A DNA stretch of 63,614 bases, filler included, from Klebsormidium nitens (GCA_000708835.1; 6 parts of 6 records of this genome joined end to end with filler, not necessarily neighbours in it); one strand, 5' to 3'; shown: positions 49,317 to 62,749, numbered from the whole stretch's first letter. Notes: a model not told the origin generated them from the sequence alone. Numbers and translations: made by a program.

Positions 49317-51271
49317 ATGGCGCAGACAGCCCGAGCCTTGTCCAATGTTACCGCAGGCCTCTCCAGCCTTTCGCTGGACACAACCAGGAACGCTGCTACC
49401 GTCAAGTCGTTTTGCGGTCTGAGGGCGACCCCTGTGGCCTTCCAGAGGTTTGGTGCCAGCGGGTTGAAGCAGAGCAGACAGGTATGGAATAGTCGACTCC
49501 GCTGCTGCATTTTACCGGATGCCCTTGTTCCTACAGGCATCCTTTGGTTGAAGGATACGGTTAGCATAGAGCTTGCTCAAAGTAGCGCCTGATGGTTGGC
49601 GGCTTCAGTGATGCTGATTCGTAGACGAGGCTGGCCGTCTTGGCTCCTCGCATTCTGTCACATTGTCCTCTTTCCCTCAGCTCGAAAGGATGGTGTTCTG
49701 CGAAAGCATAGGTATTGCAAGATGGTGGAAGAGGACGACTTTTCAGAGCAGTGTTTGTGTTGGTGATGCTAGGGTTTTCACAGATTCTTCGCAGCTGAAG
49801 AAAGCTGGTAATGGTGTGCTCAATCTGCTGCATTCTCTGGTCTTCTTTGCGGCCCATCATTCACGCGGAATCTGGATTCCTGCTCACTTGTCATGTCCGC
49901 TCCTTCGTCTTTCTTCCCTTGTGCATACTTGCAGCCTTTTTGCTAAGCACTGCTCTCGGCATTTAGTCTATATTGCCCACCATCCATCGTTAGACACACA
50001 TCATTGTGCAACGCTAGACATATATCATTGCGCAACGCTTGTCAGAGCTTTCTCAAACTTGATTGAGGTTATTCGGAGCTTTTGCAGCATCTGCTTTGGC
50101 CCCCTCATCAAGCAGAATTCAGTAAATCAGGGTTGGTAGCTGGTGCGCTTAGAAAGCTCGCGAAGTGCATATTGTATGCAGCATCATCATGAAAGGCGTT
50201 CGCATTGTGGCACGCTTGCCTATCGCCCCTCAACAAGAACGTGGGGTGTCTCTGCACCACTTGTCACGCCGCAAGAGCCTTCGTAGGCAGAGCATTGCAT
50301 CGCCTTGCTTTAACGAGTTGGGCGGCAATATATGTTGCCTGAGCTGACCAGGCAAGCAACAGTGGGAAACTTCTGGACAAGCAGGTCTTCTGCCTACTCT
50401 GTGCCGAGCTCCACCATCAGGATCGAGCCCCATCATTTGTCTGCGCAGGTTGCTGCCCCCACCCGCAGGCCGTTTGGGATTCGGGCTGCTCGTGTTGCTG
50501 GAGTTGAGATTCCGAATAACAAGCGCATCGAGTGTGCGCTGACCTACATCTACGGAGTCGGTGACACGACCGCCAAGGTCATTCTGAATGATACGGGGAT
50601 TCTGAACAAGCGCACGCGGGAGCTAAGCGAGGAGGAGCTCTCGGCTCTCAGGTCTGAGGTGGAGAAGTACATGGTGGAGGGAGATTTGGTGAGGCGGGCA
50701 TTCTGTGTCGTTCCTCTTCTGGTTTGGAAGGATGTGCGCTCTGCAGGCCTCATGATGTGCTCTTGCAAGGCTTTGGGGCTGACAACAAGAGCAGGATGAT
50801 CAAGTTTGAAAGCGGAGCTGTTTCGAGTCTGCTGAGTTAGAACTGCTCTGTGGAAATTCACTTTGGGATATTCCTGCGATGAACAGAAACATGGTGTGCT
50901 TTCTAAACTACCTGCGGTCAAGTTGCAAAGCCTTCACTCGTGGTGCAGTACACCGTCAGTAGCTCCAACTTCTCCAGTGTGTGGCCACTTGGGAGTGTAT
51001 CGCAGGGTACAGGGTGTTGTGATGGTGAAGGCCAATTGCCAAAGGCTTGACTTTCATGGAGATTACTCATTCCAACGTGCTGAATTTTTTTGCTGATGTG
51101 CAGAGGCGGTTCACGTCGTTGAACATCAAGCGACTGAAAGACATTCAGTGCTATCGGGGCCGGCGGCACATCATGCAACTGCCCTGCAGAGGACAGAAGA
51201 CGAAGACGAACGCTCGTACCAGGAGAGGCAAGAGGATGGCTATCGCTGGAAAGAAGAAGGCACCACGGTAG
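49317..51271 (+). CDS. RPS13: Nuclear-encoded plastid 30S ribosomal protein S13 with transit peptide; exons 49317-49481, 50449-50688, 51104-51271
   Basis: Ser/Ala/Arg-rich presequence, then [69 protein letters not shown]. Confidence 0.95.
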
Positions 51272-51892
51272 ACTGGGGGTGGGATTCTGCGAAGGGGATT
51301 AATCAATCTTTCTGGCGTTCTTTCATATCCATATTTGGTATGTCGTGTTACGTTTGGTGAAATGTGAAGTAATACATGCTGTTCTTACACATGCCAGGTT
51401 GGATCTTATCTGCAGACGTATTTTTCCTATAGAGATCACATGCTGTGCTATCGGCGTGCCATGCAATTATTGCTCTGTGAGATTGCATTGTCACTCAATG
51501 TTGCATTGAGACCCTATGCGTCTACGTACAGTGATGCACATGAAGCGGAATTTTCCATGACAGCCGAACTGCGCTCAATCGAGTCTTGCATGTTGTCAGA
51601 CGGTAAATGCGCAGCTTCGTCAAGCTCGAGCTAATGATACTGCATATTTCAACAATGTATATCTAGAGCTAGTTCACCAAAGGCGGGGCAAACATGCATT
51701 AGATTGACGCGACCATATTGTCCAATGAGGCGTTATATCAAGGGCAAATGTCTTAAGAGAGGGCCGACGCCCCAAAGTTGTGCACGAAGCAAAATGCGTA
51801 AATCTGAGAGCAGCCGACACACAGGCCGCCCTATTGGAGGGGTTTCCTAAATACCGACAACAAGACCAGTCTCCGTATCCAGAGGCTTCTCT

Positions 51893-54800
51893 TTACGGTC
51901 TGGAATCAATCGACGATGCTTCCGAAAATGTCGGGCTGGGCGGCTCGTCCGCCATCCGAAGCGGAGGCCTGCCCCCCGGGGACGCCTGGTTGGTGTACCG
52001 CGCGACTAGCCCCTGGACTGCCTCCTGTGCCCGGGCCTGAAACCACGTGTCCTCGGGGAGCGCTGCTGCCGCGTCCCCGCCGTGCTCCTCAAACGTCTGC
52101 TTGGCGCGCCCAATGGTGTCCGCCACGACTTGCCGCATGTGCCGGGACGCGTAGCGGCCCGCGGCAGCGACTTGGAGGAAGAACGTCAGGTCCATCACGA
52201 ACTGCAAAACAGACGGTGTTTCAGAAACTTGTGTGTTACAAAGTCCTTTCCATAGATGCCCCATAGATGCCGATCTTAACCAGTCGTACCTTCTTATTCA
52301 TTATGTGCTTCGGTGGGTAGTCGAGCCAGTGGAAATTCGCCAAACAACGGCGAGTCAGTTGTGCAGACAGAGGCGCTCCGAGCAAGAGCTTCACTCTACG
52401 GGTAATAGCAAATGCCCACCAACCAAAGGCAAACCAGGGCCTCTTGATTTGGAAGGCGCTTATATCCTCCCAATCACACCCTCCTTTTCTGGCAAGGGAC
52501 GGGTCTACCAAGCACTCCAATCCGAAAGCGGCCGCCCCTCACCTGTTTGAGCGCATCGGGCCCGAGGCCCTGCTGGTCGACCTCGGCCCAGAAGTCCTCG
52601 TCTGACGTCAGCATGGACGCCATGTAGTCCGCGAAGCGCATCATGAGCACCGTCACGCTGCGCTCGCGCCCCGCCATCAGTTCGCTCGCGGTCGACGCCA
52701 CTGACGTCATCGCCTCGAACAGGGCCTGCGTCAGACGAGGGGGACGTGTGAGCTATAATCGTCTGCAAACTCTTCCTGAAATCAGGGTGGCATACTTTTC
52801 CAAACCTAGCAAAACTGTGCTTTAAGACGGACACCCGATACGGAACTCGCCGAGAGCTTTGCGAAGTGTCCAAACCTACTACAAGGATGGTGACTGTCCC
52901 TTGGGGCCCTTCGGCTTCAGAAGCATTAAAAAGGGCCTCAAGAATGCTGGGGCCCGGCTCGTTCGTAACTGGACCGGACAGTAGCGCGGACAAACCATGA
53001 CGAAACTCCCATCGTTCGTACAGAGGCGAAACTTGACCATTAACATCATCTACACACGCCCGCACATTGACCAGGCTGTCCCCTCTTCAGAAGTCTATAG
53101 GCGCCGACGCAACTAGAGGCGCCTCAAACCACAGGACACAGTAACCACACATATCTTCCTCACCAGGAACGTCTGCGACGGGCGCCCGTCCTGCTCCGGC
53201 GGCACTCCCTCGCGGTCCAGCCGCAGGTAGTCGTCCGCTTCCATCGCGAGCCGCTCCCCATCTTCGTCCTCCCCATACCACAGCCGCAGCACCGTCTGGT
53301 TGCAGTACGCTTCCCGCAGCTTCTCCACCGCCTTCTGGCTCCGCTTCCGGAAGTACTGCTGCTCCAGCGACGTCGCCTGCGTGGCATTCCGATTGACTCA
53401 GTGAGCAGTAACGCCGGTGAAATGGGATGGAGACCGGTGGGATTCGTTGGAAATAGAGGGTAGGCACATGATTCTCAGTAGCTACAAGAGCTCCTATTAT
53501 AGTAACAACGAAGCTAACAATAGGAAACCAAACCCAAAGATTCACCTGCTCCACACGCATGCCCACCCTCTACCCTCTTACTAACCGTCCCAGGCAGATT
53601 GTCTTTATATTTTCAACTAACATGAGTATTCCAAAGACCAGCAATGGTGGGCACGGGTGCAGCGCACATAACGCTCATTCAGGATTCTACTCAACTAAAG
53701 CTTTACTGTGCATTGGGCATATTCATGACAGTTTTGACAGGTACCTGCGCGGCCCCCCGGTTCATGGTCCCTTGTCGAGCGTAGCTGGTGCGCGGGCGGG
53801 GAGGGGTGGAGGGGCTCGCGGCGGGGGCGGCCGCGCTGGGGGGGGCACGTGTCAGCTGCTGACAGACGCGGGGGAGGAGCTCGTCGGCGAGCGCGGTGGC
53901 GTTGGCGAGCAGCGCCAGCTGCTGTGCATCCGTCACGGCGGGGCGCACCTGAGATTCGGTGGGAAAACAAGGTTTCAACAAATGTTGTATTGTAATCATT
54001 CAGTTCGGGATTATCCGTTTCTAGAACTTACAACCTAGCGGTGATAGCAGGATTCTAGAACGAAGTTGCGAAGGGTGGATAAGTCAGGCGGCACACACAT
54101 CGTCGAAGTTTCCTAAAACGGCTCCATATGCTTGTGGACAAAGGGGGATGTTTCGCAACCTGCGGTCCGACACGCCTCGCAGCATTCAAGTGGTAGCAAC
54201 ACACGTACAGCCGTGAAGCTCTCGCCCTACCAATGTCACAGGAAAGAAAAGAAAAACACGGGCAAAAGTTCGCAATTGTCAACCTTTAACAACGTTGCAA
54301 ACTGAACCATGTTGAGAGAGTCTCAGGGGAGCCCCTCACCAGTCCGATGTCCCCATTGTCGACCCCCCCCTCCTCCTGCTCGTCCTGCGGCAGCGCCTTG
54401 TGCAGCAGCGCCACGTACGAGTCAAAGGCGTGCGCCAGCCCTTCCACGGTGACACCTGTCAGCTGCATGCTCACCACCGGCATCACGTCGTCCACGAACT
54501 CCTGCACCAACAGCGGAACCGGAACAGACTTTGTGAGTTTGCAGGACGGTATCGTGCCTGAAGACAGCTTCTCTAAGGTTCGAACGGCGGCAGTGTGTCC
54601 GTATTTTGATGCTGCCCAAAACAGAAGAATGACGGGACAGACATTGGAGAATTCCGTGAAACGAAGCAAACGTGGATCATTTAGCTGCATGTACCCGCAG
54701 AGAACAGGACATCCGAAAGCGAAATAGGTCCTGGCAATCGCCTTCAGCCCCAAGTCCGCCGCAATAACAGGCAGTGAATGAGAAACGACCAGCGACCCCA

Positions 54801-57800
54801 ATCACATCCTCCGCTTAGTCCCCAAAAGCCATGAACTTCGTGCCCGGCAGTTCCTTAACAGTATACTTATACTCCGCTCCCGATAATCTGATATTGCCCA
54901 CCTGGATCATGTTGAAGAGCCGGTGAGCGCTGCCGGTCAGGCGCACCCCGCCCGCGGCTGCCCCCTGCGGCCCTGTCCCCGCCCTCCGACCCGTACTCGG
55001 GGCAGCCGGCACGAGCAGCCAGTCCTCCGAGGCGGCCAGCGTCTGAACGCTCTCCTCAAAACCTGCGCAGAAGACAGACCGTCTTAAGCAACGTTTGATG
55101 GGGTCTTTCTGCTCACTGCCTCAGAATTTGTAGGCGTTGGAAGTGCTGCCTTGTTCTGTAAACTAGGGACTCTGCAGGAGATCCCGATGGAAAATAGATA
55201 CGGCAAGATTACGGCCAATACGGCAATTGTCGTTCTCGCTAGGCCGATAGTGAACGGGGAAGCAAGTTTCCACAGCACGTAACATCCATTCACCCTTCTG
55301 CTTTGCAACACGGTCAACCGCCCATAATATCCGTTCACATTACCAACCTCACTGAAGCATCACGCAAGGAATCAGCAGGCTACCAATGGCCCGAAATGCA
55401 TCTCCTGACTCGATGTGCGGTAATCAATACTACGCGACCCTTTTCTATGACCCACATTCACCAGTTCCAACACCGGCACTGGAAATTACATCCGCCCACT
55501 CACGGTGCAAGTTCGCATCAAGCGCCAGCTCCACGCTCGGCTTGAGCAGGCGCGAGAGCGCGGGGCACAGCGCCAGCCCGCTTTCCTCCAACAGCACACA
55601 ATGCCCCAGCGCAATCTGCACGCACTCGACCGCCGCGCGCAACCCCCCCGCTGCGGCAGACGACGAGAGCACATGGCGCTGCAACAGGCCCGCACAGCGC
55701 TCGGCTTCCGTGTGCGCCCAGAGGACCAGCTCGGACGCGTACGCGGGCTGTTCGCCAAACACGGCCAGGGAGTCGCTGGCGGCCGCCGCGATGGTCGAGA
55801 AGACGAGCTGGAGAAAAAGCGAGAAGACGGGGTTTTGAAAACTCAAGTTTGCCGGTGCTAGGGGTTTGCGTTTAACGGAAATACAACGGAAGCTGCGGAG
55901 GAGTTTGCGGAGGATGGTGACAACGCACGAGGAAGAGGACCGGGTTTGTTGGTGTATCTGGACCTTAGTTTACGGAAGTGTTCGTGATGTGAATGTTGGC
56001 ATCTTCACAGAACGAATCGATGAAGGTTTTGAGATTCTGCAGGATGCAACTCTTCCACTCCAGGCTGATCGTAAGCCTCTAGCCCTATCCGTACCACTTG
56101 AGAAATGACGTTGACATTGCAGAAAAATGCGACGTTTGGGTTGGCCTTCGCGTCTTAGAAACGGTGTGGCAGGGCGACAAGGGCATTAAGAACCGTCGGA
56201 CGATGTTTAAGAGAGGAGCTTTCAAAGTGTGAAGGTCATACTCGCACAAAAAGGGAGACGGAAGGGAGAACCGTTCCAAGACCCGCAGTGGCAAAGAAAG
56301 CTTCCAAGATGATGCGAAATCAATGTGTTGCTTGTGTCAAAGTGACTCTTCGGATGCGATAATATCGCTGCTGCAGAAACTGAAATAATGGGCTGCGACT
56401 TGACGTTTTAACATGGCAACATATTGAAAGGCCAGAGAAGGAGCACAGAGCCGGTGCCAGCTTCAACATGATTGATAACCTCGTGATGAGGAGTAAACTC
56501 AACACGAAAACGGTATCCGACAAGTCAGGGCGAATCAAATTCGCATTGGAGCTTGGTTTCTAAACGGCTGGACCACACCCAAAAGCGCACACTCCTCACC
56601 TGCGACAGCGCTGCCGTGTAGGCCCCACCGTACGACGTCCCCGTCGGCCGCAGCGCCCGCACGGCCCCTTTCAACCTCTCCTGGTGCGCACCGAGCAGCA
56701 GCGTATGCGCGCGCGGCCCGTCCCCCAGCCTTACCAACGCCGCAACCGCATCCCGCAACTCCGCGCCCCTCACCGACGGCTGCTGAGCTGCCTCCGCTAG
56801 TTGCTCCGCCAATCGCGCCCGTCGTTCTGTGAGTGCGGCGTGCAGCTCGGCTGCATCTCGGCTGCTGAGGACCCCCCGGCCGGAGCCCCCCTCGACCTGC
56901 CCCCCCGCTGCGAGTTTCTCGCCTTCCTCGAGAACGGTTAGCGCCTCCGCCACCTTGCGCTCGGCCAGGAGGACGTCTAGAAGGTCGGGCAGGGCCTGCG
57001 CGCGGATCTGCGGGGGGGTGCGCCATGTCGCTTGAAACTTGGCACAGCAGGAATGGGGATGGCCGCAATCAGGAATTGCACCTCCCCATTTGTTTGTGCA
57101 CTGGAAATGATGTCTCTATGCAATGAAACGATTGAACACCCTGGGTCTACGACAGTGGCTTTGCAAGGCACTCTCAGACAAGGTAGTTGTATGATGTCAC
57201 TCCGACCTCTGTAACCGAACTCCAACCGGTCAGCACCACTACCTTCGACCCTTCCCTAGTCAGCAGACAAAGGTCAAAAGCTTGTCTTCTGGCGCCGTGG
57301 AAAAGAAATGAGACGGTGCAGGTTGTTCTCCTTGCCTGGTGCTCTGAGAGGTCCCTCTCCTCCTCCTGTCCCAATTCCTCCTCGAGCGCCTCCTCGTCCC
57401 CTACCTCCTCTGGGCTCTTTTGAGGAAGAAGCGTGGGGCCCCCTTCGAGCAGCCCGTGGATCGTAGCCGCCTCTTGAGCCAGCAGGTTGCGCATCTGGAG
57501 CAGCTTGCCCTCCAGGTCCGAGATGCGCCGCGACGTCCTGGGGGGGGAGCGGGAGTGAAGATCTCCATTCATGCTACTGAGCCCCTGCCTCCAGCCAATC
57601 ATGAGGGACTGAAGCAGCTTTTGTCCGCCATTCTTGAAGTACAAGAGCTTCATTACGACTTTGGGGCGCGAAAGAGCCTCTCTTGAGACACCCCAACGCG
57701 GCGTAATTGTTTTATGAGTGGAATGAAGCGGAGTTCATCCAAGGGTTAGGACTGCTCGGAGGGCTCGGAATGGCCCTCTCATGTGGGCATACATGGCAGA

Positions 57801-58583
57801 AGGAGCGAGACCGGAGATGGCCTCACTGGATGAAGTCCGGGTAGTTGTGATACACGTTCTTGCGCATCTCGTCTGCGGAGGCTCGCTTCAGTTCCACCAG
57901 GTCGTTCACAAACTTTCGAATGCCCTGCGCCAGACGCATGTGTACAGTGTCTGGTTACTTACAGCTGAGTGTGAATTGCACAGGCCAACGGATAAGACCA
58001 GGGCAGGGGAGAGGTTTGGGGCTTCGCTGAATGCTAAGGGCACTCCTCCCACCATCTGAGAAAGAGGAAGCGACTGGCGGAAGGAACTGATTGAAAGACG
58101 ACTTTCAAGTTTGATTGTCAATCTATTCCTTGTGATCCATTTCTGCGTCTTGAAACTCAAGGTATTAACAAAGATGGGGGAAGGTAGGTCTTCTGGGCAT
58201 CGATGCAAATGCAGAGATTTTGAAAGGGGTCAAAGCAAGCATAGACAGTACAGTTCCACAAGGTAGTACAAGCTCTGGCGAAGGGTGAATAGACACAAGC
58301 TCTATGTCTACACACAGCAGAAATATGCAAAACCTTCTTCAAACTGCGCCGAATCTCAAGCTACCTGTCCTTCATATGTCACTTTCAATTGCGGGCCAAA
58401 AGGGCAAGTGTCCCTCACCTTTTCGCTCATTGATTGACATTTGAGCCTACAAAACTCCTCTGCGTCGAAGTCATCCTCCTCAAACACCCCCAGCTCGTCC
58501 ACTTGCCCATCGGCGCCCGAGTAGCTCTGGGCGCTTTGGGCACTGACCGCCGCACGAGACCGCGCAGAATTTCGGGCAGCCAT
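51893..58583 (-). CDS. EXO84: Exocyst complex component EXO84 (EXO84B-like), about 10 exons
   Basis: FEEDDFDAEEFC..MSEK/GIRKFVNDLVELKRASADEMRKNVYHNY/TSRRISDLEG, LPDLLDVLLAERKV, LVFSTI..AAAGGLRAAVECVQIALGHC..LEESGLAL, SAHR, QLALLANATALADELLPR, LGPDALKQ/FVMDLTF. Confidence 0.94.
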
Positions 58584-59051
58584 TCTGAGGTCTTCGACAC
58601 TCCAAGCAGCACCCGATGCAGAAAGTGATTTGTCGTAAGGTGACCGCTGAGAACGTCGACTAGCGCATCATTCTCAAAGAGTGCTTTCCACGTCGGTTTC
58701 GCAAATTTTCGGTGAGTTTTGAGAGGCTAAAGGTCTGTGTCCTCAACCAAAGGCTGGAGATCTGTGCAGATGCCTGTCTGCATGATAAGCCCTCGAACCT
58801 CTGATCTCAAGGAAGCCCCTGCGCAGCTGGCACATGCGTCCTTCCTTGAACTCGGTCCTTGCCGATGCACATTGTGCAGCTCTGGCCCAGGTAGCTGCCT
58901 TGGTTGTGAACTAGGTACCTACACCCGGGTCAACAAGTTTTGTAACCAAACNNNNNNNNNNNNNNNNNNNNNNNNNNNNNNNNNNNNNNNNNNNNTTAAT
59001 TAATTAANNNNNNNNNNNNNNNNNNNNNNNNNNNNNNNNNNNNNNNNNNNN

Positions 59052-59830
59052 ATTTTCCTCATCCCCAATCCCCTCTAAACCCACCTTCATTCGCCTCCTC
59101 CGCCTCATTTTCTTCACCGAGTTGAATGAATGCGCTGCATTGCAATTCTCTCCCTCTTCCTTTTACCAAGCCACCCCCTCCCCCCCCCCGCCCCCATTTC
59201 ATCCTCATCCTCCTCATTATTTTCACTGAAGATAATGAGAACGAAGAGCCCAGTGAATAGACATTATAAAGACCCACAAAAGACATCAAAGCTTTTTTCT
59301 TATCATCTTCCGTCTCATCCTCATCCTCATCCTCATCCTCATCATTATTTTCACCGAAGATAATGAGAACGAAGAGCCCAGTGAATAGACGTTAAAAAGA
59401 CCCACAAAAAACAACAAAGCTTTTATCTTATCATCTTCCGTCTCATCCTCATCCTCATCCTCATCCTCATCATTATTTTCAATGATGAGAATGAGGATGA
59501 TGAAGGCGATAAAGCCAGGGGTATAGACCCCCAAGGTAAGGTTGAGGATGAACCCTCAAGCACTAAGACTTCACCCTCGCCCTCGTCATTGGGGGTCTAT
59601 ATCCCCCCCTTCATCGCCCTCATCATCCTCATTCTCCTCACTGAAAAGAATGAGAAGGATGAGGAGGAGGAGGAGGATGATGAAGAAGATGAACGTTCAC
59701 ATTTTTTTATACTTCCTCTGAGAACAATGAACAAAATGATGAAAATCATGATGAAAATGAGGCTTTTCAAGTCATCCGGATGTATAGTGAATTCAGCCAA
59801 GACAAGGATGAAGTGAGGAGGATGAGGATG
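59052..59830. repeat. (CATCCT)n/(GAT/GAG) low-complexity region with roughly 129-bp tandem units
   Basis: attattttcac.gaagataatgagaacgaagagcccagtgaatagac at about 59216 and 59345, partial third unit at about 59472. Confidence 0.85.
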
Positions 59831-59877
59831 AGGGCTAATGTTGTAAGCCTTACAACTCCATTACGACTTCGTGGCCC

Positions 59878-60092
59878 TGTTAAGGACCACCACCTCTCGC
59901 TCGTGCTACTCTCGGACATGTCTGACGCAGAAGGGAACTTGGACGTGTCCAGGTCCGAGCTTGGCTTTGAAGATCAGAACCCCAATGATCATGAAGAGGA
60001 ACAAGAAGAAGGAGAACAAGGGGATTCTCCTAAGGGAAGTCGCTCACCCTCTCCACCGGTTGATGGGGACAATGGGGCACAGCAGGGTGGAG
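59878..60092 (+). mobile_element. Second copy of the 5' leader and gag N-terminus of the LTR element at 60738-60950
   Basis: tgttaaggaccaccacctctcgctcgtgctactctcggacATGtctgacgcagaagg shared; encodes MSDAEGNLDVSRSELGFEDQNP.. Confidence 0.75.
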
Positions 60093-60112
60093 NNNNNNNN
60101 NNNNNNNNNNNN

Positions 60113-60309
60113 TTTTCTAAGACAGAAGCGGAACATAGTGCGCATCTGCGCATTGTTCTGGTCATTCTTCGGCGTGATAGACCTACGTCTGTGAAGCGAA
60201 TTCTGTGTTCGCTCAGAAAGAAGTCAAGCACTTGGGCCATATTACTGGCTCGCAAGGTACTTGATAGGACGCGAAGGATGTTGAAGCTGTCCAATCGTGG
60301 CCAGAGCCC
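60113..60309 (+). pseudogene. Degenerate Ty3/gypsy reverse transcriptase fragment
   Basis: FSKTEAEHSAHLRIVLVILRRDR, a frameshift, then FAQKEVKHLGHITGSQGT**DAKDVEAVQSWPEP. Confidence 0.8.
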
Positions 60310-60368
60310 TAGAATGATGCTTGGTATGCTCGTTCGGGGAGCCAATCTGGCGTGACAGCCGCGTCACG

Positions 60369-60709
60369 TGTAACGGCGCTTTTTGAGCCTCCGCGGGGAT
60401 CCCCCGGTAGCTACGCGCGGGCGGGTCGCGTGGACTTGTCATTAACGCGCAGTGCGGCCGCGAGTTAAACCCCGAGCCAGTTCCGCTGTCGAATGGCCGG
60501 ATCCGGTTGAATTCAAAACGGGCATACTGTCTGAGTCTATGCATGTGCATGTACTGCAAGTCTGCGACTCATAATATCATACCGTGACACATGAGATTAT
60601 GCATGCAACTCCCAAGGGGGAGCATGAATGAGAGATGTAGTCCTACGAGAAGTTTATCACCAGGCGCCTTCGCGCCTCTTTCGGGCTCACTAGGAGTAAG
60701 AACGTTTCA
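60369..60709 (+). mobile_element. Putative 5' LTR (TGTAAC...TTTCA)
   Basis: Ends in CA one base before a tRNA-Met PBS; the left boundary is a guess from the TGTAAC motif. Confidence 0.5.
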
Positions 60710-60710
60710 A

Positions 60711-60721
60711 TGGTATCAGAG
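60711..60721 (+). promoter_or_regulatory. Primer-binding site complementary to the 3' end of initiator tRNA-Met
   Basis: TGGTATCAGAG, the canonical plant LTR retrotransposon PBS, followed by a leader and a gag-like ORF. Confidence 0.85.
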
Positions 60722-60777
60722 GAGTATTCCTCAGCCTTGTTAAGGACCACCACCTCTCGCTCGTGCTACTCTCGGAC

Positions 60778-61249
60778 ATGTCTGACGCAGAAGGGAACTT
60801 GGACGTGTTTAAGTCCGAGCTTGGCCTTGAAGATCGGAACCCCAATAATCAGGAAGAGGAACAAGAAGCATGAGAACAAGGGGTTTCTCCTAGGGGAAGT
60901 CGCTCCCCCTTCCCACCGGCTGAAGGGGACAATGGGGCACAGCAGGGTGAAGAAGACCCTGACCCTGATGACCCCTCCAAAGGGAGTGGAAGCAATGGGG
61001 ATAGCAGCAAGGACACCGGCAAGGATGCCACTGAGTCCCATCTCAGTGTATCTACTGCAGGGGCTGCCAGGAATGGAGTGACTAACCCAATCTTGAGGAA
61101 GAAGTTTGAGTCACAGGATGCTTCCATTAAGGCCTTGCAAGCCCAGGTAGCTGTATTGGTTGCCAATGCACATGCCACCGTGTCTGCTTCTGCACAGAAG
61201 TCAGCGTTTCAGGGGGTGAAGCTTCGTTCTCGCCGCGTGCCTTGTGATT
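60778..61249 (+). pseudogene. gag N-terminal region with in-frame TGA at 60871-60873
   Basis: ATG 57 bp after the PBS; acidic low-complexity segment then coiled-coil LRKKFESQDASIKALQAQVAVL; runs into a gap. Confidence 0.6.
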
Positions 61250-61597
61250 NNNNNNNNNNNNNNNNNNNNNNNNNNNNNNNNNNNNNNNNNNNNTTAATTA
61301 ATTAANNNNNNNNNNNNNNNNNNNNNNNNNNNNNNNNNNNNNNNNNNNNCCGCTTCACCTGGAGAGCCCTACGATGGTCGTCCTGCTGGCGAACGGCGTC
61401 CTGTCAGTCTCAGCATCTCCGTTCATCCATCTGGCGTCCATCTCGGCAGCCCTCCCACTCGCGAACGCAACCCAGAAGCTTGCGTTCAACTCGCGCCAGA
61501 AGCGCTCCGTGACGAGACTCGTCCCGCCGACGTCCCTGCATGAGAACATCATCTCGGGACCCCTCCTCTCGACGCCGCCACTTGCGAGACTCGCGTT

Positions 61598-62587
61598 TTG
61601 ACCTCAGGAGCGCCCCACGATGGTCCCCACGATGGCGTCCGTGCATCAGAGCTCCGTTTCGGAGGCTCCTCGGCTGGCGTACTCGCTTTAGGAGCTCGCG
61701 AAGCCGCTCTAGAAGTGTCCTACGATGGCCGCCCTACCTTCGCCGCCACTTCAGGCGACCCCGCCAGAGGCCCACCTGCGTTTTCGATGGACCGTGAGCT
61801 TCACCCTGGCGACCCTTCGGCGTTTCCTGCGGATCCTGGGCACTTTACTGGCGACCTTCCTCGCTTCTACGCGACCTTTGGAGCCCCCGTTGGAGGCTCC
61901 ACTGTTGCGCCCACGAAAGTTTCAGCACCGCCACCGGCGCCCAACCTCACCAACAAAGACAGCACGACTTCGCCTCCAGCGTTTCGACCGGCGAAATTTG
62001 GTCGACCATTTCGAGGGACGCCAAAAGACGAAGGCCACCGTGCGCGACGCTTCATTGCGAAGATCGAGATGATTCGGCGCACCACCCCCGGCGTCGCGAA
62101 CGCCCAACTTGTCAACATCGCCATGGCGAATCTTGGAGGGGACGCCTTGAGTTGGTTTTTCACGGAGGACGCCAGCTTCTGCCGGCGCACGGGCGGTGCA
62201 AGTTTGGCGAACGACTAAGAGGCGTTCAAGCGACTGTTTCTTCAGCGCTACGGAACCATCGACTCATCGCGAAGCTACTTCGAGCTGCGCAACATGAAGG
62301 TCGGCGAATCGGAGAGCCTGCTGAACTTCGGCCAACGACTTCGCGACCGCATCTTCGATGCAAACGTGGTGGACGAGAACGTCAAGATCACCATCTTCAT
62401 CAACTCGCTGGCGGAGCCGTTGAAGTCTCAGCTCAACACTCGTCTGCCGGCCACGTTCGACCAAGCCGTGGACGAAGCCGACTTCCTCAGCCGGCGAATC
62501 CAGACGACTACGATTCCGATCCCTACGATGAGTACGAGTACATCTACGATAACTCGGCGCTCAACCCCACTGGCGCAGCCTTCTTGA
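61598..62587 (+). pseudogene. Retrotransposon gag (Retrotrans_gag-like capsid domain) with one in-frame stop at 62216-62218
   Basis: RPFRG..ARRFIAKIEM..MANLGGDALSWF..ND*EAFKRLFLQRYG..ELRNMKVGESESLLNFGQRLR..IFINSLAEPLKSQL..TFDQAVDEA; ORFs 61598 and 62294 share a frame. Confidence 0.82.
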
Positions 62588-62749
62588 TGGCGCATCACGG
62601 CGGCCGCCGCGCAGCCGCAAGCACCACCACCACTTGCATCAACACTCGTACTACGACCACGACCATTCGCGCCAACTCCGGAGCTTCCACTTCATCGACG
62701 CCGTTCAGGGGCGAACGGTCCCGTGGGGGGATAGTGCAGTACAGCTGTA

